NCBI RefSeq assembly: GCF_018977255.1
Contig: NW_024704743.1
Location: forward strand, 50,222,001 to 50,286,000
Source: Callorhinchus milii
Taxonomy: Eukaryota
Length of the DNA stretch: 64,000 bases
Direction: 5' to 3'
Shown in pieces: positions 12,801 through 26,249 of the stretch; the stretch's first letter is position 1, and the number at the start of each line of letters is the position of its first letter. The notes under the pieces were generated by a model, which worked only from the letters and a program-made list of their open reading frames with translations, was not told the DNA's origin and did not search any database. The translations under genes and the position numbers were made by a program.

Positions 12801-14289
12801 AGAAACCCTTCTACCCCACGCTGAATTCAGGAGTTCGACTCCAAGGTACCATTCCAAAACATTCTCACAAAATGCTAGAGTGGACGTTTCGCATATAGCT
12901 TCCCTGTCTGTGCAACTCATTTCCCCCTACAAACTGCACAGCTTCCGCACTTTGCATTCAATCCTGTGAAGCACTTTGAGACGTCCTCCTGAAGTGAAAG
13001 GAGTTATAACAAATGCAAGGATTATTATTATTAATTCCAAATGGTTTTGTCACATGTTCTTTGCTAATTGCCTAGTCACCTGCTCTCTGTTCTTTGCACG
13101 CAAAAATAGAAGAAAAACATTGCTTCATCAATTTTTTTCTTCCAGTTTCCTCCTCTCCCTCATTTATTTTTATTCCTTTTTCCTATAATGTGGGTAGAAC
13201 CAGCACCTGCTAAGTGGCTATTATTCATGTCATCTCCCAGACAATGAGTATCAGCTAGCTATTTATGGGGCAGGGAGGGCAGAACATCACAAATTACCCC
13301 AGGTCTCACCCCCACACCCTCCTCTTTCTGCACGTGTATCTCCAGCAGGAGTTCTGGATAGTGATTAGGACGGAAACTCTGTTTATTTTCTCCCTCCTGA
13401 CCCCAAGCTGTTAGGGCCAAACTGCAGTGCACCAGTTAAACCCTTGACTATCCAGCTCCTTGGGATGAAAGGCACTTTACAAATGTAACTTGTTGTTGTT
13501 GTTGCACCAACTGGCCCTCCAACAGCAAATAGCTAGAAAATGTAACCATCACTTGCAGAATCAGAGTTGTTGGGAGCATGAATCAGGCTAATGGATATAT
13601 CTGGTTTACTTCATGGTCCCCTGGACAATTTCTCCAGTTTGGGTTTTGTATTCACTCGGATTAAATTTATGGAACTTCTGTTCTTATCACAGTTTTATCC
13701 AGCTGAACTCTCTTCTTTCATATAATATACATTAGAGGAAATATAATCACTAACTTCCATCTACATGTGCACACAGGCTTAACCTGAGGTTACATAGAGA
13801 TATCTTGCATTTATGTAAAGGTGATGAATTTCGAGCTTATCAAAGTGAGGATTGTCATCACTGAGGAACTGAGCAATTTCCATCATGTACGTTTTGTGGG
13901 ATTCAATATGTATCATTTTCCAACAGGATTTCTCAAAGTAGGGATTCCTTCTGGTAACTTTAAGTATGGAACACACATCTCGCTGACCCGTGGGAAAGCT
14001 ACTCTAAAAGTAAAACTGCATGGCAATGGGGTTCCCAAGGGAAGAGACTGGCGTACTTCCTGTTTCCTTATTCAGAAATCTCACTAGACATTGCTGTATA
14101 TTAGGATCTGTTGTGTCATTAAGTACCTAACTATGGTCACTTTTTTATGCTGTGAACTCATGCTATCCAGGAACTGGAGTGAACCTGCTCAAATTAGATT
14201 TTCATAGGTCTATTATGATTTCAGTGAGCAAAGATACGTTTAGTCTGAGCTAGATTTTAACTTAATGGAATAAGGACAGATGTGAATAT

Positions 14290-14640
14290 AGAGCACTTCC
14301 CAGTATGGAACCAGAACCATACAGATCAAGAAAGTGCCAGGTTTTATCCTTGGTCTGTGTTGACTGAACTGATGTCAGCAAATACATCAGTGGGATATTA
14401 TAAACAGCTTAAGTACCATTGTCTAGAGAGGGGTAAAATCACCCATGGTTCTCATTTCTGCTGGCAACTGTTAAGAAACTGCATGCGTGTAGTTATGGCT
14501 GCCATACTACAAATACTCACTTTCTAGGAGTCTGCATGAAGAAGGGTCACATAGGTGAGGTACTAAGAGTAACGAGTGTTTGTGGAGTTGTATCCTAGCT
14601 TAAGCCAGCATTTTAAAGAAGGGAGAAAATCAAGAAAGGA
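14290..14640 (+). mobile_element. Old, diverged third SINE-like family (copies at about 13180-13450 -, 40830-41140 -, 43155-43447 +, 48190-48520 +, 59965-60230 +)
   Basis: Shared blocks across copies: ggtctgtg..ttagctgatctcag, agctgtgatgtcc and catgaagaatggc..ttgggtgagg. Confidence 0.6.
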
Positions 14641-15520
14641 CAATGGATGAACAGGGCCTATCACAGACCAAATGGTTTAATCATCATTGCACGTTCGGCG
14701 TCCAATTCCACCACTGGGCAGTGCTCTAAGACGCTCTCCTTTATGAAGGATGTTATATAAACGTTGTTGTGTTGAGGCCTTTGACCCATATTTTTTTCAT
14801 GCTCCTAAATCTGACGAATGGGTAGTTCAATATATTATCAATTAATACATTGCAGTTTTATTAACCTCTCCAACATTCTAAATAACTACTGATGCAACTC
14901 CTTTCTCTCCCCATGAGGAAAAGGCCTTCCGGGATATTCCTGTCTCTTCCGGGACTACAAATAAGTTAAGGAATAGTAGATATACTGATTCCCTCCTTTA
15001 TTTTCCTCTGCAAAGTCAGCAGAGGGTGAGGAAATGAGGAGAAACTTTTTTAAACTTTTAATTTGAAGTTTTCCATAATTGTCAAAGTAAAGTTGAGCCC
15101 CATGCAAACCCAGAACGATAAACATTGTAGAATCAACTGTCCTCAAATAGGGATCATACAATACCCAGTAACAAGATGCTCTGTAACCAAGTACAGTAGA
15201 TCCAAAATAAACCATGTGAAACACATGAACAAACAAGCACCAAAAAAGGCTGATCTGGACTAGATAACTGACAGCTTCTGGACCTAAGGCCCCGAATGCA
15301 TCAAAATATAAAATTCTGAAACTCACTTTGGAAAACATTCAGGCTAAAATTAAAAGATATTTTGTGGCGCAGAACTTGGGAATTCTGCCTGAAGCCAACT
15401 CTTCCTCGAACTGTTTTCAGTATATTGTGTGAAAAACAGTGCATTTGTGTTTTATCTGATACACAAAGCGGGACATGGGATAGGGAGGGAAATGGACTTT
15501 GAAATCTGCATTCATCAAAC

Positions 15521-16053
15521 TTGCTGCAGCTGTATAAGGCCTTGGTGAGACCGCACCTAGAATATTGTGCACAGTTTTGGTCTCCTTATTTAAGAAAAGA
15601 CATACTCGCCTTAGAGGCTAGGTTGGTTCCTGGGATGAGGGAGTTGACCTTAGAGGATAGGTTGAGTAAACTAGGCCTATATTCTCTAGAATTAGAGATG
15701 ATCTTAAGGATAGATGTCGTGAGACTGTTTCCCCTGATTGGAGAATCTAAAACTAAGGGTCATAGTCTCAAGAATAGGGGTCAGCCTTTTCGAACTGAGT
15801 TGAGGAAACATTTCTTCACTCAGAGGGTAGTGAATTTGTAGAATTCTCTACCCCAGAAAGCTGTCGATGCTCAGTCCTTGAACATATTCAAGACTGAGGT
15901 TGATAGATTTCTAAACGATAGAGGGATTAAGGGATATGGGGATAGGGCGTCTAAATGGAATTAGGTTAGAAGATCAGCCATGATCTTATTAAATGGTGGG
16001 GCAAGCTCAAGGGGCCAAATAGCCTACTCCTGCTCCTACGTCTTATGGTCTTA
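15521..16053 (+). mobile_element. CR1-clade LINE 3' fragment
   Basis: LYKALVRPHLEYCAQFWSP...FFTQRVVNL with internal deletions, plus tail. Confidence 0.9.
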
Positions 16054-19000
16054 AACTCAGAGTTCAGGCATTAGATGGGAAGTTAAAATATCTTTTAGAA
16101 AGGAAGTCTCATTATCAAAATTGTATTATCAACTACAGTAGTACCAATATTAACTTTATACCACTACATAATACAAGTATAGACGGATATATATATTGAT
16201 GTACACACAGATATATATACAACATAACACAGATTTCCAACACTGAAGTGTAATGACACGTTATTTGGATCATACTAATCAAACAATAAAAATAAAATTT
16301 GATCCTAAACTTTGTCCACTGCTTCAAGCAATTTTTTTTAAAATGTGATGCTTTGGGATAAGTTTCTTCCCCCCACCAAAAAAAAATCTCAAATGTTTGC
16401 TGTAACAATTGGCTGAAATCTGCAGTATCTGAGCTGCTTGGAAGGTGTGAGCAATAGCATTTCCTATTATAAATCATCAAGACATAGTCCTTGCATTCCA
16501 AATGGTGGCTTACTATATTGCCAAAACAACTCAAAGCACTTCACAGGACTTTACTGTGTGTCTTGAAGGAAAGCAGTGAATCATTTCTCTGACCTGTTAA
16601 TTGTTGTTGGTTAAAATTCATCACGTTGAAGAGACTACAAATTCATTAGGACTTAGCACTACGAGTACATCACAGATATGCGCTGTCACTGCTTTCTACA
16701 ACCTTTTCCTCTTTTTCCTCTCGTGGGACCACCTGCCACATTCAGCACCAGTGGCTGTTCTATGACGACTGTGACAGCCTCAATCTGTGAACCAAGGAGG
16801 TTACAGTCCAGAAGGAGGTCACTCAGCTCATTGAAGGCTATGCTTGTGCTAAGCTCTACCACTGAAGTTACTGACTGGAACCCAATGGTTGGTTTGTGCA
16901 AAGCAGGACATCCCACCACTACAGGTCACGCTGTTCAGCTGCCTCACCTCAGAACTAGTGAGACCTAAACTCTCAATCAGAAGCAGACAAAACTTGAGTG
17001 ATAGCAACCCTGAGACTCGAACTCACCACCATCTGGTTATGTGGCAGGTACTACCAGGGTGCCCAGATACACTATTTAATATTTTATTTTATTCCAGGTC
17101 TCCAATATGCTATTCTGCATGAAGGGCATTGTATAAATGTAAGTTTTTGTTGGTTGATGTATTTAATAAACAATAAGATCTTGCTTTTTCAGATCAACTG
17201 CTGTGTTATGTTTTTTGTCCCAAAGTCCCAAAGTAGTTCACACAACTGCCTGGAAGCCCAAACTAGGGAGGGGCTGGGAGCTTAGGAAGGCATGGGGAAG
17301 TTGGTCGAAAGCACAGTCGAATAGATAGGTTTTAAGGTGGGTTTTGAAGGTGGAGAGGGAAGGGGCAAAGTGGAGTTGCAGAGAACTCTATTCCCATACA
17401 GTTTTTAATAAAATGTTTCCACAACATGCAATGTTTGGTATGTGTTGACTAGTCATCCCTACAGGATGATAGTTACTAAATGACTATTAATGAATGAATA
17501 GATCACCCAACGACCACTGGCAACTAACTACATGACTAAAGTTTTCAAAATGACTATGAGTCACAGAATTTAAGCAAATAACAAAGCATCTCCAGCACAG
17601 AGGACATAGAGGAAAGTTGTGGATAAGTATCAATTCAGGTGTAACAAGGTGAAGTTAGCAGTGACAAAATCTGACTCTATTCCTCCAAACATTGAATGTG
17701 CTGCTGAGAATACGATACCAGTTCTGCTGGACAAGTGATTGATATTTAAGAGAACGAGAGAGCGAGGAGTGCTCGGAAGAGATTCCTTGCTCATGTTGAG
17801 TAATTGGAAAACTGAGAAATCATAATTTTTCCATCTGTTCTCTAGGGCTCATATTTCTAATTTAATTGGTATTTACGTTAATGAGATGGCAAAATCTGAT
17901 AATCTTTAACAATGAACAAACATAAAAAAAAATGCTCAACTGCATATGAAAATCAATGCAACAGAAACACCTAATCCATCATTGGCATCCTGCCCAATAA
18001 AATTATTATTATTACATTATTATTATTAAATGTGAACTTTTTAAAGATTTGTGACTACCCAAATGGTCACATATATTAATCCTAAATAGTGCAAAAGATT
18101 ATATCTGAACTCTTGCAGAAATCTCTCAGTTGTCCTTTGGTACTGTGATTTGTGGGTTTGAGTTGTGATTTAGAGACAGCTTGGGAGCAGACATTTTGTG
18201 CAGAACTCCCCCTGATGTAACATCATGGTGCTTTACTCCAGTGACGTGACGAATTCCGCTCTGCAGAGAGGGTTAATATGGTCATGATACATTTTTTTGC
18301 ATGTGTGTGTCCGTTCAATTTGCATCTTTTTTTTCAATGCACTTATGAAGGGAGTGGAGTTCTTTGTACCCTTGACAAAGATGACATTTTTTGGAATATT
18401 TCTTTAACGTGTGGTCCTGAATTTAATTCTCCTGACTATTTCATGGCTGACTAAATATTCTATGCCAATTTCGTAAACACATCTTTCGTAGCCTTCACTC
18501 ATACTTTGTGAAACAGTAGAAAGCAAACACAGACCTGGATGTGTAATACATTGCTTCCACATTGAAATGCCTTCTTATTCTCTCTCCTTACCCCAATTTT
18601 ACAAGGGGTTCAGTTGAGAAGAATAGGATTTGATACCAATACACTTTTGCTGAGACGAAAAGTAAGCATCTCATTGCCGCAGTGACAAAGTGCTGTCTAC
18701 ATTTGTGGTCAAACTGCGGAAACAAGCTCTTGGAGAAAGATATGAGTCCACCACGTTTCTGTGCTCACTTCTTACCTTCATTAATCTTGATAACCAATAA
18801 CAAGGGGGAGATGGCTGGAAATCCCCTGAGATAGTGTTTAAATGTACAGTAATAAATAATAAATGGTTTAGCTTTGGAGATGGTGTCAATGGCTGTATTT
18901 TCACTAATTTAATGAAGCTGACTGGTTGTCATTAACTATTCGTATACAATTCCGTACTTTAAAAAAAGAAAATACACATTTCTGTTGCAATTTATTGTTG

Positions 19001-20809
19001 AGCCAATGAAACCAATCTTGGTACCTGACTGAACTGCAACATTAACAGAACTGGTCCAAAAAAACAAACAAATCTCATTTGGGTTTCATTCTATATTTTC
19101 AAATGACAAATTAACCCAAGCTGAACAGAATAATGTTTTTCACTTGCCAATATAAAATGTAGTGGCCAACCTCTCTCTGATGCCAAGTAATTTCTCATAG
19201 TCGCTATATCTAAGTTTGATTTGTGTCAAACTGGTGACGTGCCCAATTTGTAATCACTTATCAGCAATTACATTGACTGTCATTATGGTAAAGTGTATAC
19301 AATTACACAGTGACCCTGTTCAAAATACTGTACATCAAATCATTTCAATTAATATAGTATTAAAACACATTTTTTCACACTTCTTACCATGCTATTTATA
19401 TTACTAAAATCCAGTTCACCACAGTTGGGAGGATGTAAAGTACAGTAAACCAATCTTGAATGTCTCCCTCATTTCAATGCTGCCGTTAACGATTTAGTGA
19501 CGTGGATTTTATTTGAAAGCTGAAAATATTTTTTCTTGGTGCTGAACTGAAATCTACACCTCTCAGATTAGGAGGATATATTTAAATGGGGATATATTTA
19601 GACAAACAACTCCCCAGTCTTTTCGCCAGTGCAATACTCGCAAAATAAACCATACATAAGCAGAATATAACAAAAATATTAAATAGAGAGCTGCAAAATT
19701 GGATAACTAAAATAAGGGGATTTAGAAAACCATGCACCAGTGGCACAACCACTGTGGGCTCAATGTTTCTTTTTCTGTGCAGAAAATTTCTATTTCTCAT
19801 GTGTTGGTGTGCACTGTTTGTGCAGCTCGTATTTCTTAATTAAAAATCGTACTATTTTCATTTGAAAGAAATACAGCCTCAATTCGATCGACTTTGTTTG
19901 AAATGACGCGACTTGACAGGTTTAAGGNTTTTTTTGCAATTGAGAACATCACAAGTTGTCGGCTGTTCAGTTCCAAGAGACATAAATGATCAGTTTCCCT
20001 CACCATGAGCAAACTCATGAGTAGCATACATGCTGTACATGTTCTTTAGAAGGAGGCCTGGGAATTATCACAGAAGCAATAACAACACTATAATTGTACT
20101 GTACAGCTGCAGAACCTGGGGTAGAAACGCAGTTAGGGTTGCTACTACTTTTTCCACGGATGGCCAAATATGCAACTAATTCATTTATCAGTAAATTTCC
20201 CCCCATCATTGCATTCCTTCTTAATAATAAATTGCAGTGGTGAGATAATAATGATAATCCTTGCATTTAATACAGCACCTATCACATCATTGAGACATTG
20301 CAAAGCAATTTACAGAATGTACTGTAAAGTGAATTAACTGTATATTTCGTGGGTGAAATATATAAAGCCAGGGTGGAGGAAGATGAGGTGGAAGAGGATG
20401 AGGTGGGGGGTGTTATACTCCACCAATGATTTACAATGGGGGTGGAGAGAGGAGATCACTCTGGCACCAACTAAAATGGGAGCTCAGCACTATTAAAATG
20501 CAGGATCACGCTTTAATCCTTGCCGCACCATTGCTTCCCCATAGCAATCTCCCACATGTTTTCGCCAGCAATTAAATAACCCGGCGCAACCCGCCCGCTC
20601 GCTCTGCTGCTGGCAATCACCAGAGCCGGAGGGAGATCCACAAGGAAAGCGCAGAGGTAAACACCAATAGTCTATCGGCAACACGCAGTTAGATTTTACG
20701 ATCACATGTGGTTTTATTTTATTTTTCCAGGAAATATGTATTTTTCATATAAAAAGCATTGAGGAAAATAAAAGAAGACATCAGATAACCGGGGGGGGCA
20801 GGGGGGGGG

Positions 20810-23215
20810 AGAGGGGTGTGCTGTGAGGGGATGGTGGGGTGGATGTGCTCTGTGTGGGGATGAGGTGCTGTATGGGGATGGGGTGCTCTGTGTGGGGATG
20901 GGGATGAGGTGCTGTGTGCGGGGATGGGGTGCTCTGTGTGAGGATGGGGATGAGGTGCTGTGTGCGGGGATGGGGTGCTCTGTGTGGGGATGGGGATGAG
21001 GTGCTGTGTGTGGGGATGGGGTGCTCTGTGTGGTGTGTGGGGATGGGGTGCTCTGTGTGGGGATGAGGTGCTCTGTGTGGGGATGGGGTGCTGTGTGTGG
21101 GGATGGGGTGCTGCGTGCGGGGATGGGGTGCTGCGTGCGGGGATGGGGTGCTGTGTGCGGGGATGGGGTCTGTGTGTGGGGATGGGGTGCTGTGTGCGGG
21201 GATGGGGTGCTGTGTGCGGGGATGGGGTGCTGTGTGTGTGTGTGGGGATGGGGATGAGGTGCTGTGTGTGGGGATGGGGTGCTGTGTGTGGGGATGGGGT
21301 GCTGTGTGTGGGGATGAGGTGCTGCGTGCGGGGATGGGGTCTGTGTGCGGGGATGGGGTGCTGTGTGCGGGGATGGAGTCTGTGTGTGGGGATGGGGTGC
21401 TGTGTGCGGGGATGGGGTGCTGTGTGCGGGGGTGGGGGTGGATGCTGTGTGTGGGGATGGGGTGCTGTGTGTGGGGATGGGGTGCTGTGTGTGGGGATGG
21501 GGTGCTGTGTGTGGGGATGGGGTGCTGTGTGTGGGGATGAGGTGCTGTGTGTGGGGATGGGGTGCTGTGTGTGGGGATGAGGTGCTGTGTGTGGGGATGA
21601 GGTGCTGTGTGTGGGGATGGGGTGCTGTGTGTGGGGATGGGGTGCTGTGTGTGGGGGTGGGGATGGGGTGCTCTATGCGGGGGTGGGGGTGGGGTGTTTT
21701 GTGCGGGGATAGGGTGCTGTGTGTGTGTGTGGGGATGGGGTGCTGTGTGTGGGGATGGGGTGCTGTGTGCGGGGATGGGGTGCTGTATGTGGGGATGGGG
21801 TGCTGTGTGTGGGTATGGGGTGCTGTGTGCGGGGATGGGGTGCTGTGTGTGTGTGTGGGGATGGGGATGAGGTGCTGTGTGTGGGGATGGGGTGCTGTGT
21901 GCGGGGGTGGGGATGGGGTGCTGTATACGGGGGTGGGTATGGGGTGCTGTATACGGGGATGGGGTGCTGTGTGTGTGTGGGTATGGGGTGCTGTGTGCGG
22001 GGATGGGGTGCTGTGTGTGTGTGGGGATGGGGTGCTGTGTGTGGGGATGGGGATGGGGTGCTGTGTGTGGGGATGGGGTGCTGTGTGCGGGGATGGGGTG
22101 CTGTGTGCGGGGGTGGGGATGAGGTGCTGTGTGCGGGGGTGGGGTGCTGTGTGCGGGGGTGGGGATGGGGTGCTGTGTGTGTGTGTGTGGGGATGGGGAT
22201 GAGGTGCTGTGTGTGGGGATGAGTTGCTGTGTGCGGGGGTGGGGTGCTGTGTGCGGGGGTGGGGATGGGGTGCTGTGTGCGGGGGTGGGGTGCTGTGTGG
22301 GGATGGGGTACTATGTGGGGATGGGGTGCTGTGTGGGGGGGTGGGGATGAGGTGCTGTGTGAGGGGATGGGGTGCTGTGTGTGTGTGGGGATGGGGTGCT
22401 GTGTGTGTGTGGGGATGGGGATGAGGTGCTGTGTGTGGGGATGGGGATGAGGTGCTCTGTGTGGGGATGGGGTGCTGTGTGTGTGGGGGGATGGGGATGA
22501 GGTGCTGTGTGTGGGGATGGGGATGAGGTGCTGTGTGTGGGGATGAGGTGCTGTGTGTGTGGGGGGATGGGGATGAGGTGCTGTGTGAGGGGATGAGGTG
22601 CTGTGTGTGGGGATGGGGTGCTGTGTGTGTGGGGGGATAGGGATGAGGTGCTGTGTGTGGGGATGGGGATGAGGTGCTGTGTGTGGGGATGGGGTGCTGT
22701 GTGCGGGGATGGGGATGAGGTGCTGTGTGTGTGTGGGGATGGGGTGCTGTGTGTGGGGATGGGGTGCTGTGTGTGGGGATGGGGATGAGGTGCTGTGTGA
22801 GGGGATGAGGTGCTGTGTGTGGGGATGAGGTGCTGTGTGAGGGGATGAGGTGCTGTGTGTGGGGATGGGGTGCTGTGTGTGTGGGGGGATGGGGATGAGG
22901 TGCTGTGTGTGGGGATGGGGTGCTGTGTGTGGGGATGGGGATGAGGTGCTGTGTGTGGGGATGGGGTGCTGTGTGTGGGGATGGGGTGGTGTGTGTGGGG
23001 ATGGGGTGCTGTGTGTGGGGGTGGGGATGGGCTGCTGTGTGGGGATGGGGTGCTGTGTGGGGATGGGGTGCTGTGTGGGGGGGTGGGGGTGCTGTGTGGG
23101 GATGGGTTGCTGTGTGGGGCGGTGGGCGTGCTGTGTGGGGGGGTGGGGGTGCTGTGCGGGGGGTTGGGGTGCTGTGTGCGTGGGTGGGGGTGCTGTGTGC
23201 GGGGGTGGGGGTGCT
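20810..23215 (+). repeat. About 2.4 kb G-rich minisatellite, unit about GGGGATGGGGTGCTGTGTGT
   Basis: Roughly 100 degenerate units of about 20 nt at the 5' end of the UBE2QL1 intron. Confidence 0.95.
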
Positions 23216-23220
23216 CTTAC

Positions 23221-23807
23221 CTGCCCCTTGACCAGACTGGCCGCAAACTGCCTCATAACGGCCTCCACGGTGTAAGCGCTGGACCAGCCCCGCGGGGTGA
23301 GCAGCTCCATGCAGATGGCGCCTCCGTCCAGCACGTAGCCGTTCTCCAGGCGGGGGCTGAGGACCCTCATGAAGGGCGGCGAGAAGGGGAAGTTATCGGG
23401 GAAGTTGAGGTTGAGGAGGATGAAGTCGGTGCTGGTCTCCTTCATGTCCTGCCACAGCGCCGAGTCCTTGTCCACCTGCAGCAGCTTCACGTTCCACTCG
23501 AACAGGTTGTCGTCCACCAGCTCCACGCTGATGAAGTGGTCGTTCAGCTTGCGGATGTCCTGCAGCTCCTTCATCAGCCGGCGGCTCCGCACTTGGGCGC
23601 AGTGCTGCTTGTTGGGGGGTTGCCCCGGGACGGCCCCTCCGCCCGTGCTGCTGGCGCTGGCCGGGGGCACCTTGCTGCCAGCCTGCTGCTGCTGCTGCTG
23701 CTGCTGCCTGTCCTTGCCGCTGTCCTTGGTGACTGGGGGCGGCTCGTACTTCTTGTGGCTTTGCTGCTGCTGCTGCTGCTGTTGTTGTAGTTGTTGCTGC
23801 TGAAGTT

Positions 23808-23838
<31 letters not shown>

Positions 23839-24021
23839 GTGCAGGTCGGATTGCAGCACGATGCTCTCGTTGCTCGGGGTGTTGCACTGCTTGCTGTTGC
23901 TGCTGCTGCTGCTTTTCTGGCCGCCGCTCTTGCTCGCCTTGCGGGAGCCCTGGTGCTTCGGACCCTCCGTGTCTCTGTCGTGGAGGCGAATCAGACCGAT
24001 CTTGCGGAGCAGAGTCGCCAT
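23221..24021 (-). CDS. UBE2QL1: UBE2QL1 coding exon 1 (267 codons; ubiquitin-conjugating enzyme E2Q-like 1)
   Basis: ATG at 24021 in strong Kozak context (gccgacATGG). Translation includes MKELQDIRKLNDHFISVELVDDNLFEWNVKL...FPDNFPFSPPFMRVLSPRLENGYVLDGGAICMELLTPRGWSSAYTVEAVMRQFAASLVKGQ, a UBC fold with the catalytic Cys in GAICMELL. Ends at phase-0 donor CAG|GTAAGA at 23221/23220. Confidence 0.96.
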
Positions 24022-24269
24022 GTCGGCGCCGAGCCGAGCAATGGTGGGGGTGAGGAGGGTGAGGAGGGTGGGGGGGTGGGAGGGGGCTGTTTCTCTCTCT
24101 CTCTCTCGTTAAATAATAATAATTATAATAATATTAATAAAAAGCCCTCCTTTATGAAGCACTTCCTCCGCCGCCGCCGCCCCGTCCCCTCTCCCTCTGC
24201 TTCAGATGGTGGGAACAGCGAACGGAGAGCGGTCCGTCACGGTCATTCCCTGGAGAGGTGTTTTTTTTT

Positions 24270-24722
24270 GGGGGGGGGTGGGGGGTGGGGTGTGGGGGGG
24301 GAGTGGGGAGTGGGGGGGGAGTGGGGGTGTAGTGGGGGGAGTGGGGGTGTAGTGGGGGGGAGTGGGGGTGTAGTGGGGGGGAGTGGGGGTGTAGTGGGGT
24401 GTAGTGGGGAGTGGGGGGGAGTGGGGGTGTAGTGGGGTGTAGTGGGGGGGGGGAGTGGGGGTGTAGTGGGGTGTAGTGGGGAGTGGGGGGAGTGGGGGTG
24501 TAGTGGGGAGTGGGGTGTAGTGGGGGGGGAGTGGGGGGCAGTGGGGGGGAGTGGGGGCAGTGGGGGTGTAGTGGGGGGAGTGGGGGTGTAGTGGGGGGGA
24601 GTGGGGGTGTAGTGGGGGAGGGGGGGGGGGGGTGGGGGGGGAGTGGGGGTGTAGTGGGGGGGAGTGGGGGTGTAGTGGGGGGGGGAGTGTAGTGGGGGGG
24701 AGGGGGGGAGTGGGGGTGTAGG
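24270..24722 (+). repeat. G-rich tandem repeat (GTAGTGGGGGGGAGTGGGGGT-like)
   Basis: Directly visible; runs into the assembly gap. Confidence 0.9.
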
Positions 24723-24747
24723 NNNNNNNNNNNNNNNNNNNNNNNNN
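24723..24747. other. Assembly gap (25 N)
   Basis: Run of N. Confidence 1.
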
Positions 24748-24749
24748 GT

Positions 24750-24863
24750 TTGTGTGTGTGTGTGTGTGTGTGTCTATGTGTGTGTGTGTGTGTGTGTGTC
24801 TATGTGTGTGTGTGGTGTGTGTGTGTTGTCTATGTGTGTGTGTGTGTGTGTGTGTGTCTGTGT

Positions 24864-24895
<32 letters not shown>
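24750..24895 (+). repeat. (TG)n microsatellite
   Basis: Directly visible. Confidence 0.95.
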
Positions 24896-25052
24896 CGCGG
24901 TGACCAGACCGGAGCTTCGGGAGGAACGGAGATGTTTCGGGGTTTGCGATCAACATACGTTCGCTGTCCGCGGGGCCCCAGCGGTCAGGATCCGGGGACA
25001 GGGCACCGGCCCCCACACCCCCTCCTCTGTACCCCCTCACTGTGTACCCCAA

Positions 25053-25640
25053 CCTCCCCCTCTCCTCTCCCCCTCTCCTCTCCCCCTCTCCCTCTCTCTC
25101 TCCTCTCCTCCCCCTCCCTCCCCCTCTCCCTCTCTCCTCTCCCTCTCTCTCTCTCCCCCTCTCTCTCTCCCTCTCCTCTCTCCCCCTCCCCCTCTCTCTC
25201 TCTCCCTTCTCTCTCCCCTCTCCCTCTCTCTCCTCTCTCTCCCTCCTCTCTCTCTCCCTCTCCTCTCTCCCCCTCTCCCCCTCTCTCTCTCCCTCTCCTC
25301 TCTCCCCCTCTCCCTCTCTCCCTCTCTCTCCTCTCCCCCTCTCTCTCTCCCTCTCCTCTCTCCCCCTCTCCCTCTCCTCTCTCCCCTCTCTCTCTCCCTC
25401 TCTCCCCCTCTCCTCTCTCCCTCTCCCTCTCTCTCTCTCTCACTCCCTCCCCTCTCTCTCCCCTCCCTCACTCCCTCTCCCTCTCTCCCCCTCTCTCTCT
25501 CCCTCTCTCCCCCTCTCCTCTCTCACTCCCTCTCCTCTCTCTCCCCCTCTCTCCCTCTCTCTCCCCTCTCCCCCTCTCTCTCCCTCTCTCTCCCCTCTCC
25601 CCCTCTCTCTCCCCCTCCCTCACTCCCTCTCCCCCTCTCG
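25053..25640 (+). repeat. CT-rich polypyrimidine low-complexity repeat
   Basis: Directly visible. Confidence 0.95.
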
Positions 25641-25954
25641 GTGCCTCTCTGTCCTCTCCGGTTGTGCTGCGGGGTCTCCCTCCCTGTCCCCGAGTCTCCC
25701 GGAGCGGATGGCGATGGCGAAGACGATGCAGAGAGGAGAGGAGAGGAGAGGCACACGGCAGTAGCCGGGGGGGGGGGGGGCTGTGGGGGTTCTCGGGTTC
25801 CGGGTTCCTGCAGTGGGATGAGCTGAGACGCTGTCCCGGTGTCCCGGTGTCCCGGTGTCCCGGTGTCGGCTCTGCGGCTCTCGGCTCAGCTCAGGTGGTC
25901 CGCGCTGTCATTGCGGGGACTCGGCATTCGCTGGTGGGCTGTGCACTCGCTGCT

Positions 25955-26213
25955 GGAGGGAGGGCAGTGCAGGCAGTGCAGGGAGGGAGGGCAGTGCAGG
26001 GCAGCGAGGAGGGAGGGAGGGAGGGAGGCAGTGCAGTGCAGTGCAGTGCAGTGCAGGGAGGGAGGGAGGGAGGGCAGTGCAGGGCAGGGAGGCAGGCAGT
26101 GCAGGGCAGGGAGGGAGGGCAGTGCAGGCAGTGCAGGGCAGGGAGGGAGGGCAGTGCGGGCAGTGCAGGGCAGGGAGGGAGGGCAGTGCAGGCAGTGCAG
26201 TGCAGGGCAGGGC
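25955..26213 (+). repeat. Tandem repeat GGGAGGGCAGTGCA-like
   Basis: Directly visible. A short (GTCCCGGT)4 array also lies at about 25832-25866. Confidence 0.85.
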
Positions 26214-26249
26214 TGGTTTGCTGGTGGTTTGCTGCTCCGGCACTGGCGG

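Noticed and set aside
16686..16968. Overlapping short ORFs with protein-like composition
   Set aside because: No recognisable domain; probably a decayed transposon fragment that cannot be assigned without a search.
20810..23215. Regularly spaced repeats as a possible CRISPR array
   Set aside because: No unique spacers, no cas genes and a vertebrate context; this is a minisatellite.
21673..23220. His/Pro/Thr-rich C-terminal ~515 aa of the 782-aa ORF
   Set aside because: Read-through past the GTAAGA donor into a C/A-rich minisatellite that rarely forms stop codons; the real C-terminus is exon 2 at 3383-3252.
20960..23275. Many Cys/Gly/Trp/Val-rich ORFs that resemble keratin-associated or metallothionein-like proteins
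   Set aside because: Translations of the tandem repeat in all frames.
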